A stretch of DNA of 49,437 nt, filler included, from Jimgerdemannia flammicorona (Eukaryota): NCBI GenBank assembly GCA_003990765.1. It is 2 parts of 2 records of this genome, joined end to end, with 100 filler letters (N's around TTAATTAATTAA, not from the genome) between each part and the next. Parts side by side here need not be neighbours in the genome. Positions count along the whole stretch, not along the records: positions 24,772 to 49,437 come from RBNJ01000945.1; 1 more part is not named here. One strand, written 5' to 3'. Under the pieces are notes generated by a model. That model was given only the letters and a program-made list of their open reading frames with translations, searched no databases and was not told the origin of the DNA. Below, piece after piece: positions 35,001-45,449 of this stretch (positions are counted from its first letter, which is position 1; the number at the start of each line of letters is the position of its first letter). Position numbers and translations under genes: made by a program.

Positions 35001-37245
35001 ACAAAGCACAGTACTACAGCATCTTGGACTTATACTCAGGATTCCACCAAATCGGACTCACAGAAATGGCAAGTGAAAAGTCAGCCTTCATCACCCCAGA
35101 TGGAACCTACATCTACCTATGAATGCCATTCAGAATGTGCAATGCACCAGCAAGCTTTCAGCGAATGATGAACAAAATCTTCTACTATGATATGGGAAGA
35201 TGGATGATGGTCTATGTCGATGATGTAATCATCTACAGCAAGACATCTGAGGAATATCTGCAGCACATACAGCAGATAATGGAGAGACTAAGACAACATG
35301 GCCTTTATATCAAACCCAAGAAGTGCAAGTTTGCAGAAATTGAGATCTCCTATCTTGGCCATATTATCAATTGAGATGGAACACACATGGACCCCCTCAA
35401 AATTCAAGCGGTAGCAGCATACCCAAGGCCCACTACTGTTACAGAAGCCCAAGCCTTCATGGGACTTGCCTCCTACTATCGCAGATTCATTAGAGGATTC
35501 TCCAACATCGCAGATCCAATCTATGAGCTCAACAAGAAGGATACCAAGTTCCAGGGGACTGGCAGACAACAAAAAGCATTTGACAAACTCAAGATCAGAC
35601 TAACTCAGGTACCCATCCTCAGATGACCCAATTGGACCCAAGAATTTATCCTTCAGATGGATGCAAGCACACAAGGACTAGGAGCAGTCCTAGCTCAAAA
35701 AGAAGACAAAAAAGAGTATATCATTGCATACCTTAGCCGTGGAACCTGAGGGGCTGAAAAAGAATACAAGTTCCTACAAGTTGGAATACCTTGCAGTCAT
35801 CTGGGCTGTGGAAAAGTTCCACTACAATCTGGCCAGAAGACATTTCACCATCCAGATGGACCACTCAGCTCTGACAACTGGACAACCCAAGGGAATCTAT
35901 GCCAGATGGATAATGAAGTTACAAGCCTATGATGTAACCATTGTACACCGCCCTGGAAGAACAAATTCCAATGCAGATGCTTTCTCACAGACACCTCAAA
36001 CTACCTCCAACCAACAAATCAATCATGAATAAGGAGCTCTACTACAGAATTATCACATACCTGGGACAGCGAAAGATGCCCCAACATCTGGAAGAATGGA
36101 CACAAAAGATTATCAACAGGACATGGAAACAATTCGAAACTGACAGAGAAACACTGAAGAAAGGAAAACTACTAGTCATACCAGAACACAAGAAGGAGCA
36201 AGCAATGAAATCAGTACACAAACTTGGCTATCTAGGAGGAATGAATACATATGATAAGGCAAGAAGAACAATATGGTGGTCAGGGATAGAGGAAGATATC
36301 AGACAATTTGTCAAGACATGCAATAAATGCCAGAAACAGAAACAAGACCAACGGAATCAAGCCCCAGGATCAGCACACATAGAACCAGTACCATTTGCCC
36401 ATATAGCAATAGATGTAATCGGCCCTCTACCCTTGACCCTGACTGGTAGCTGATACATCATTGTCATCGTAGACCTTTTACAAAGTGGATCGAAGCAGGA
36501 CCCCTCAAGGAAGCCAATGTACAGTCAATCACCAATTTCTTCTACAAGGAAATCATCTGCTGGTTCAAGACCCCAATACAAGTAACTACAGATAGAGGAA
36601 CAGAATTCGTGAACTAGCTCTTTGAGGTTCTCTACAAGAAGTACAAGATCCAGCACATTTGGACCACAGCCTATCACCCCCAAGGAAACAGACAAGTAGA
36701 AAGAACCAACAAAACTTTCAAGAATGTTATTGCCAAGATCTGCGATAACTACGAGAACTGGGATCACTATCTGCCAAAAGCATTATCTGCTCTCCAAGAT
36801 ATCTGATCACAAAGCACCCACTTTACCCCTCGAGAAATGCTGTTTAGAGAAGAATGTTCTCAAGAAACCCTATCATCCAATGGAGATGCTGTATGGAAAC
36901 ATGTGGACATGGAAATACAGAGACTACACCAAATCAGGAAGAAGGCTGAGGATTACATAACCAAGGCGCAGACACTATAATAGTGAAATGTAGAAAGACC
37001 CACAAGCCCTTGGAGATTATCAAGATAGGAGACAAGGTCCTAGTGTATCAGAATATGGTAGAAGCTTCATGGTCATGAAAACTGGAGCCCAAGTGGGAAG
37101 GACCTTACCTTGTGCAAGATATAAAAGGGACCACCTTTTGGCTACAAAAACCCTCAGGCACAATAATCCCCACCACCATTCACTGAAACCGACTCAAGAA
37201 ATATCATGGCCAGCAACAAAAGTACTGTGATGGCACTCAAGATCA
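32068..37245 (+). pseudogene. gag-pol of family A
   Basis: MDIRPPVFHG (capsid), CYSCREEGHYSYEC (CCHC), IIDTGAG (protease), SPWSSPVVL...RLCVDYRKLN...LDLYSGFHQI...YVDD (RT), MDAS.QGLGAVL (RNase H), H..GY...CNKC, IAIDVIGPLP and TDRGTEF (integrase), and W.GPY motif. Many stops are present and no chromodomain was seen. Confidence 0.95.
34103..34530 (+). pseudogene. dUTPase domain between protease and RT of family A
   Basis: IKVKIRKIHPDAVLPEYKSENTAGMNI (motif I), TRSSLA (II), GGVIDSDYTGEI (III), D*LAQML (IV) and KRGKKGFRST (V). Confidence 0.92.
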
Positions 37246-37667
37246 CTAGTGCTGCCCAAAGAGCCATCGAAAGACAATGGCACACCACCAAGCCTCTGAC
37301 CATAGAGGCATACTATGAGGATATTCAGAATATTGTACAGACTCATCTCTCTCAGATCTCACACTTTAGAGCCTATCAGTATCATGCAGAATTCCAAGAG
37401 TACTTCAAGCTTGGACAGGTGCTCAATCAGGATCCAGCAAAGACCAAAGAGGACTGGATTGCCAAGTGTCAACTCTCCCACTCACAGATCACTATCGCCA
37501 AAAGGATCCACAAGTTATTTCGAGAAGATGAAGCAGCGATAGACCACCTGAGAGGAGTAACCCCTACCGACTTTGAGAAAGTGAAGAGATATCATTGAGA
37601 AACAGTCATACAGCAAATTGCACAGTACAAGACCATACAGACCATTGAAGCCTGAGAGTTTGAATAG
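37206..37667 (+). pseudogene. Extra ORF (~153 codons if two TGA are read through) between integrase and 3' LTR of family A; not env-like
   Basis: MASNKSTVMALKITSAAQRAIERQW...YFKLGQVL...AKRIHKLFREDEAAIDHLRGVTPTDFEKV. The ATG overlaps the end of pol; no signal peptide or TM segment. Confidence 0.7.
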
Positions 37668-39029
37668 ATGCCTCAGAGACGAGACCATCTATTCAGGAGG
37701 AAGTTGTGACAGTACAGCCAAATTTGGAAGAAGGAAATAGGGAATAGACACTTGATCACACCCAGTCCTAAAGTAGTATAGCCTTATAGTTAGCAGTCCT
37801 CGATTTCAACATTGTCTAAATTCTTAGACATTGTCTAAATTTTAGACATTATCCAAATCGAACACCCTGATTTATTACAGTATTTAGACATTGTCCAAAT
37901 GTTTCAACAAAGTCCAAATGACTCATTTATTACTTAGCCACCCTCTCATAGCTAGCAAACTTGTATAAATAACCCAGTATCTTCAAGTGAATAAACCTTA
38001 GATTGAAATAGTTCAAAGCAAAGAGATAGCAAAGGAACTAGTAAGCCTGTGGGCAGATACACTTCGAACTCACCCACCCTCCCCTACAACTTCAAGAAGA
38101 CTCTGCGAGAGTCAGAATGGTCAAGTTTTCAAGATACAGAAATCCGACATACTTTCAAGAGTAAGTGTCCTCTATGTTACACTATCAATAAACTTATATA
38201 TTATTTTATAGTAATTATATTTGACTTTTCTGATGTCTTCATTATTTGCATACTCTTTTGTAAACTCTTTCCAAATATATACTAGAGCATTTTTTTGCTT
38301 TTGCTTTTACTTTCTTAGACTATTGTATTGAGACTGTACTTATTATAGCTATATATACTTGTTGAAGTTGTATCTGATACTGAAGTTATTGTCATAATAT
38401 TTATCATAAGTAGTACTGTAGAAGATATGTCTGATATACTTGATTACAATATACTTGATTGTATTTATGTATATATATTATTGTTGTGAGTTATATGTAT
38501 ATAAGTTTTAAATTATCATATTTAGTTTTGAATTGAACTTCAAATTGAATTTTGAATTATGACTTGATTTTATTTGATTTGATTTATAGTTAAGAGTGAA
38601 TCTAGTATAATAAAACTTATTAAATTTAGATATTTTTATCAAGTTATTGAATTTTAAAAATTTAGATTTAAATTGAAATTCCAATGAAATTAGATCTTGA
38701 TTCAAATCAAATCAAATTAAATTGGACCTCAATTTGAATTGATTTGAATTAAATTGGGTCTCAATTTGATTTAATGTTTTCAAATTAAATTGAATTTGAT
38801 TTAATTCAATTCATTGAGAGCACTAATCATAGAGCCACTAACTCCTTGTCTTTCTGCTCTCTGCCATACTCTCTTTCTTCTTCTCTACTCTATCATCAGC
38901 CCAATTACTTATCTTTACTTCTTTTAAACCTTTCTTAGCCTCAGTTATTATCTTCTTCTTCAGACTTACTAATAGATCTCTCTGTCTCTGACTCTTATAG
39001 TTAATCTAGGAGATCATCAATTCTGAGTA

Positions 39030-39300
39030 AGAGATAGATATATTTTTCTTTGACTAAGTTGAACTTTTGGTAATCTATATAGAGTCTCTATTCTCTATTC
39101 TTAGATATAATAAGTATAGGACTAGCTCAGGGGCTGGTAGAGAGTTAGATGACTCTATTATTATCTAAGAGTTCCTAAATATATTCTTTCTTAAATATTT
39201 TTAGATAATAGAGTATTTTATAAGATTTCTGCCAGATTGGTATTATGTTTTCTATATTTATATTATAGTAATATTATGAGTTATATAATAGATTACTATA
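39030..39300 (-). mobile_element. Highly decayed Ty3/Gypsy RT fragment
   Basis: Minus strand IIPIWQKSYK...RLYIDYQKFN resembles RT 'PI.QK.YR' and 'RLCIDYRKLN'. Confidence 0.5.
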
Positions 39301-39333
39301 GTTATATAGTAGTAAAGATATCTTGATATTTAT

Positions 39334-42300
39334 TAGATGACTACTTAATCAGAGATGATATCATTAATGGTGATGTCATCAAAGTACCCAGAGAGTGTCT
39401 AAATCTATAGATAGCTTAGCAGTCATAGTATAGTTAGATTAGTCTTGTATGACATGACTGTAAACTGACTCAGCAGTAAGATGATCTCTTGATATGTCAA
39501 ATCATACTTGTACTATGTGACTATATTCTAACTCAGCAAGGCACTAAGTGTTATATCTATATTCAGTATAGTCCAGATAGCCCCTCACTAGTATAAATAC
39601 TCTCTCCTCCAGACCTCAGAATCTTATACTTGAACATACAAGAACATTCCTGAATACTTTCCCCCAATATCCCTTTACACAACTACTCCTAGTATAGTAA
39701 TATCATGAATAGCAAATAAATCTATTTAATAATCCACAAACTACTCTTAAGTAAATCTGCTCACTGTTAGGTCCCACTCCTAACCCCATTATGAAATTTC
39801 CTAATTGGGTATTGTCTGCAGTGATACACCAATCCAACTAAGCTGGTCTTAGTTTTTTGAACTTCCTGAAATATGGAAAATCCTGAACATCTAGAACTAG
39901 TCTGAAAAAGGACTTTGGTTGAGATGTCAACTCAATCTAGAAATCAATAAATGTAGAGGATATACTCTATATAAAATTAATCTTGACCTTAAGAAAATAG
40001 TCTTCCAGAATATTCACAACTTCCAGAAAACCCTTCCAAAACTATATATCAGTTCTCCTAACAAGTAACCCTCTTACAACTTGGTAGTAGTGATTTATAA
40101 TCCAATTCTGCTTCAAGATACTTCCTCATCCTATTATAAACCCCTCTGAGAATTCCTATAAGTTGGTATAAAGCCCAACCTCTGAACTGGAATTTATCCT
40201 GAACTATCTGACAATTTGGAGAGAATTGAACCTGATGTACAAGGACAATTTGACCTCTACACCTGCAACAAGTGGGACAAACTTCATTCAAAGAAAGAAG
40301 TACTCTGATTAAATCAGCAGATAGGTGAAACTCTATTTACCAAACTCCTTGCTCTACACCCTACAAGTCAAGATGAAGAAGGTCTTATAGAAGTCTTTTT
40401 TACTCTTCTCAACAAGAGTTTTGTCAGCTCTACAAATCTGAGTGATCTAGGACAACTAGCAGCAGTCTTTCTAGCCTTAGTTCCTCACAAAGCCTAAGCC
40501 TCTATAGCCAAGTAGCTCAACTCTACTGACTTTCACCATACTAGGACTAAGACTGCATTATACTACTGATTCCAGAACAGCAAGGCCTGCTATATTCTTA
40601 AAGAAGAAGCAAGAGAAACTCTTCATCAACAACCTGACTCTGAACCAGAAGCAGGCCCTACTATAGCTCTACCTGAACCTGAAATCAATACTGAACCAGA
40701 ACTTGACTTTGAATTAAGTTCATCAGAAATCAGATATATAACTGATTCTGTCTACTTCAATGCTGAGCAAACCCAACTACACAGGGACCAAACTGAAGAG
40801 GAGGAGTATCTCAGTGAATTCAATCCCAGATATACTACTGAAGAGGATGTACCTCTATAATGACAAAATATACCTATACAGCAACAGATAGCTATCTATT
40901 AAGTCCTTACTCCAGACCAATAACTATTACTCCAGCACCTCACACAGACTCAAAGAACCCCATCATACTCTACACCAGTACCTCAAGTAATATCTATAAC
41001 ACCACTACCAGTAGTCCAACTGCCTCCAGCAAACAATATGGCAAACCAACAGATTCTAGACCTTATAGCCCAGGTAGCAATAATAGTTATAACCATTACT
41101 GCCCTAGCTGAACAAATCTGATCTACTAAAAATCTGAGCCTACCTACCTTCAATGATACTGCACAAGAAGTCCAAAGCTTTATTAGTATAGTTGATATCA
41201 ACTTCAAAGCTAATCAATGGACCAATGAGTGAGTTGCTGACTGTCTTCTGACAAACAATCAAGACCACACTCTGGAACAACTCTTTGCTACCACTACAGC
41301 CTATATCCGCTGAGTTGTTATATTATTCTGAGGATCTGCTGAAGAATGATAGTGAACTCTTTCTGAAAAACCCCTCACATAGGACATCTGATCTGTAGTT
41401 GTTGCCCAAAATGTAGCAAACAATACCCCAGGATATAGAGCCCACCCTGTAGCCCCTGGACTGAAACAACTCATGATTGCTCAATACCACAGCAAAACTA
41501 TGATTACTGAATCTTAAGTAAAACTCCACAACCTCAAATTTGATATATATGGCAAGGAAGAATTCAAAACTTTCTGTACAAAACTTGAGTAACTCCTGAA
41601 TACTGTTAGCCTAGGATATATTGCCAATGACAAAGCACAAAACAGTATAAGAGCAGACTATCTATTTGATGCACTACCTGAATGGCTTACAAGAAAAATC
41701 CGAGAACAAGGATGCCCAGTTGATTGTGACTACCAATAATGGTACCTGGCAAGAATCAAGACTATGGTCAAGTGAATCCTAACAGCTGGACCAATTCTGC
41801 CCCAAAGACAATTCAACAACAAGAAAAAGACTTGGACCAAGAAAGAAGAATCCAAGCATGAAGCATCCTGAGCTCCCTCAACATCCACCTCATGGATACC
41901 CAGAAATCATAAATCAACCCAGCTGAGTATCTTCAAGAAACTCACTGAAGGAGAAAGAAATGAACTTCAAAGAAGCAGAGCATGCTTCTATTACTGAAAG
42001 ACAGGACATATGGCCAGTGCCCACCCCAACTGAAAACCCTGAACAGCAATATGAGCAACTGTTACTACTCTGTACCATCTCAATAACCTGACCACCAGAG
42101 CACTGGACTTCATCAAGTTAAGACAAACTGCCAAGACCCCAAGCAAAGAAAGTCAAAAAGCAGCTAGATATGACCTGTATGCAGCCAATGAAGCTACAGT
42201 TTCCAACTGAGAAGTCAAGCAAGTCTATACAGGAATCAGTATCCAAATCCCTGAAGGATATATTAGAAGAATATGCTGTTGCAGCAGCCTAATATTGAAA

Positions 42301-45196
42301 GGACTCTCAGTAGAAAGAGGAGTCATTGATGAAGATTATACAGGTGAAATTATTATCCTCATCTGAAACCATAGTTGGACACCCTTCAAGATCCCCATTG
42401 GCTTCTATATTGCTCAGATCCTATTTGAGAAAATTGAATCAACTCTGACAGTCAAAGAAGTCTCTGAACTACTACCCACTATCTGAGGATCCAAAGGATT
42501 TGGCTTATCAAACAAGGCCCCAGCCCAACCTACTATGAACAAAGAAGAACAATTCTATAAGAAGATCGAAGACAGACATGTACCAAGTGGCCAATATCTC
42601 TATGGCATTGGAATGTACTCTTCCCAAATAATTGATAATTGCTTCTCTTATATCAATGAACTGGCTCAAAGAAGAACCAACAGAAGAAAAGCTCCTACAA
42701 CCAAAATCACCACTATTAGATCAGACAAACTACTTATACTTCAAGCTTTTGTCAACTGAGCACCTGTCAATATTATGATAGACAGTGGTGCCTCAGGCAA
42801 CTTTATTAATAAAGAAACAGCCAACAGACTTAAGGTCTTCACCTCTCCAGTACAACAAACTCAAGAAGTTGCCATAGCTGATAGAACCTCACATATTATT
42901 AGCAAGAAAGTCTGCAATCAACCCTTCTGAATAGGTGACTACTGAGTACATGGTACCCTCTAGATTATACCACTTCCTGATAATGAAATCATCCTTGGGA
43001 CTCTATGGTTGAAACAAGAGAACCTCATGATTGATTGGGTAAACCATTCTCTGACCATCAAGAAAGGATGCCACAACTTCAAACTGTAAGGTGAAAAGGA
43101 CCCACTCAGCTCTAGTGACTCTGGACTAAAGATCACCTATATTAATAAGCTACAGCTCAAGAAATTGCCCAAGAAGTACCCTCTCTTTGCCATCTCCATC
43201 TGCCCATCCAAAGGAGAACCTGAGAACCCTGAAGAAGATTTTTCCAAAGTAGACAGCCATATTAGACCTCTACTCCAGAAATTCTAAGACATATTTCTGA
43301 AAAAACTCCCAAAAGGCCTACCTCTTAAATGAGCAGTAGACCATACTATCAAGACCATTTCAGATACCAAGCCAGTCTTCAAGTCAATTTACCACATGTC
43401 CCTAAGAGAAATCGATATACTCAAGAAAGAAATTGACAAACTCCTAGAACAAGGATTCATTAGACCCAGTATATTACCCTATGGTACATCAGTTCTCTTT
43501 GTTGTAAAGAAAGGAGGAGATCTGCAAATGTGTATTGATTACCATGACCTCAATGAATAGACTATCAAGAACTGTTGCCCACTACCCAGAATTGATGAAA
43601 TATTCAATAGGCTCACCAATCTGCAATTCATGAGCTCTTTTGACCTGCAAAATAGTTACTGGCAAATTGCCATGAAAGAAGAAGATATCTACAAGATAGT
43701 CTTCCAAACTCACTATGGACACTTTGAGTTCCTAGTTATGCCTTTTGACTTAACCAATGCTCTGGCAACCTTCCAGACTCTGATGAACACTATCCTGCAT
43801 CCATGTTTGGACAAATTTATTGTTATCTATATTGATGACATTCTTGTCTTCAGCAAAACCCTGGAGGATCATCTTGAATACCTTAAATTAGTACTACTGA
43901 AACTCTGAGAAAACTGACTCTTTGCAAAACTTAGCAAATGCAAATTTCTCCTGAAAGAAATCCAATTCCTTAGACATATTATCATGCCAAATAGAATCAA
44001 AGTAGACCCTAGCAAAATCTCTGCAATTAAGGATTGGCCCAGACCCAAGAAGCTGAAAGACCTCCAGTCATTCTTGAGATTAGCAAACTATTACAGATGA
44101 TTTATTGCCAACTTTACCAAGATTGCTACTGCTCTTATCCAAATGACCAAGCATAGCAAGAAAGAAGAACAGCTCTGGACTATGAAATAAGAAAAAGACT
44201 TCAACAATCTTGTAAATTGGAGACCTGAGCAAGATACCACCTTTCAAGCACTAAAGGATGCCTTGATAATCACTCCAGTACTTCAAGTAGCAAACTCTGT
44301 TCTACCATACAAAGTTACTACTAATGCCTCTGACCTATCACTCTTGAAAGTTCAACAATGCTGAAATCAACTATATAATATGAGAAGGAAATGTTAGCCA
44401 TTGTAGACACTCTGATCAAATGGCAACTATACCTAAAAGGAGCACACTTCACTGTATTGACTGACCACAAGTAATTAGTCAACATCAATATCCAGGCTAC
44501 TCTTTCCTGAAACCAAGCCAGATAGATGAAAGTCCTTAACAACTTTGAGTATAAAATCCAGTATCACCCTAGCAAGGAAAATATTGTTGCTAATACAATC
44601 TCCAGACCACCAATCAAAGAAGTTATCCAAACCCTCACCATGGTTACAAACTCTATCATAGAACAAATTATCACAGCATGTGCTGATGATAAAGAAGCTC
44701 AAGTACTCTGAGAAATTCTAAACAGTGATAATGCTGACAACTATATCTAGTATCATCAATACTAATTATAAGATAATGTAATCTACTATATGGACAGACT
44801 GTATGTTCCAAATAGCCAAGACCTCCAAAGGATTAACCTATTCAAATATCATGATGTCCCTGCAGCTGGACATTTAGGATTTGACAAATACTAAGAAGTT
44901 ATCTCCTGAAACTTCTACTGGCCCCATATGGCAGATCAGCTAAAGACCTATATTACTTTCTGTGATGCCTACCAATATAATAAGTCCTCAATAGTAGCAA
45001 AACCTGGCCTACTTCACCCCATCCCAGTACCAGCTGCTAATTGGGAATAAATCTCTATAGACTTTATTATACAACTACCCCAAATTAAGAATGGGAAAGA
45101 TGCAATTGTTGTCTTCATAGACTATCTCAGCAAACAAGCTCACTTTGTACCAACTACTACTACTATAATAACACCAGACATAGCCACACTCTTGTT
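39334..45196 (+). mobile_element. Ty3/Gypsy family B, copy B1: 5'-truncated LTR (39334-40078), PBS, long gag, dUTPase, PR, RT, RH, partial IN; interrupted by a MITE
   Basis: The LTR ends CTCTTACA and is followed by TGGTAG (tRNA-iMet-like PBS). Motifs: LSLPTFN (capsid), CFYY*KTGHMASAH (decayed CCHC), MIDSGASGNFI, MCIDYHDLN, FDLQNSYWQI, YIDDILVFS, YEKEMLAIV, HDVPAAGHLG and ISIDFI. Very many stops. Confidence 0.92.
42100..42512 (+). pseudogene. dUTPase domain between nucleocapsid and protease of family B
   Basis: LDFIKLRQTAKTPSKESQKAARYDLYA (motif I), CSSL (II), GVIDEDYTGEI (III), IAQILF (IV) and *GSKGFGLS (V). The protease DSGA lies downstream at ~42780. Confidence 0.9.
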
Positions 45197-45449
45197 TAGT
45201 GCTCCCAATGAATCGAATCAAAGGTCCAATTTGATTCAAAGTTTGATTTGAACCTTAATTTTCAAAATATAATACCTCAACGAAAGCCCATCCAAATTTA
45301 ATGTATTTTAGCTTGTTAGATTCACCATGTTAATGTGATTCTAACAAGCTAAAGTATGTTAGATTTGAATGAGTTTACACTGAGTTATTTCATTTTGAAA
45401 ATTAGGGTTTGAATCAGACTCTCAACTCGATTTGACTCATTGTAAGCAC
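45197..45449. mobile_element. Fold-back MITE with hAT-type TIR (TAGTGCTCCCAATGAATCGAATC), right end cut by LTR insertion
   Basis: The TIR is related to that of the 25160-38825 hAT. The interior is a long imperfect hairpin (TTTAGCTTGTTAGATTCAC / GTGATTCTAACAAGCTAAA). The expected TSD CTCTTGTT is absent on the right. Confidence 0.8.

Larger units (their letters stand above)
31495..38181 (+). mobile_element. Full-length Ty3/Gypsy LTR retrotransposon (family A), 6.69 kb, inactivated
   Basis: LTRs at 31495-31953 and 37705-38181 (TG...CA), 4-bp TSD CTAT, PBS TGGTACTC at 31957 and PPT CAGGAGGAAG before the 3' LTR. Domain order is gag-PR-dUTPase-RT-RH-IN. Confidence 0.96.
27860..38440 (-). pseudogene. 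hAT transposase, heavily mutated, split by a solo LTR and a Ty3/Gypsy element
   Basis: Minus strand: BED-finger remnant YIWKEFTK...KVKYNYYKIIYK (~38290-38190), ITIDNISNN (~30540-30510), AIDKLKKYY, VLDSRLKL, ELDNYL and dimerisation-domain remnant YPNLAKMIYNYLAILAINTSIERVFS (~28020-27940). Confidence 0.8.
25160..38825 (-). mobile_element. hAT-superfamily DNA transposon, both ends present, expanded to 13.7 kb by nested insertions
   Basis: 8-bp TSD ATCATAGA at 25152-25159 and 38826-38833. TIRs are TAATACTTCTAAATGAATCAAATC (decayed) and the reverse complement TAGTGCTCTCAATGAATTGAATT. Subterminal AAATC/GAATT repeats and an internal hAT transposase are present. Confidence 0.88.

Noticed and set aside
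31960..45196. TGA read-through or alternative code in the retrotransposon ORFs
   Set aside because: These TGAs fall at Arg positions (e.g. dUTPase DR>D*, RG>*G) and co-occur with TAA/TAG stops, so they reflect CpG decay, unlike the HIT fossil.
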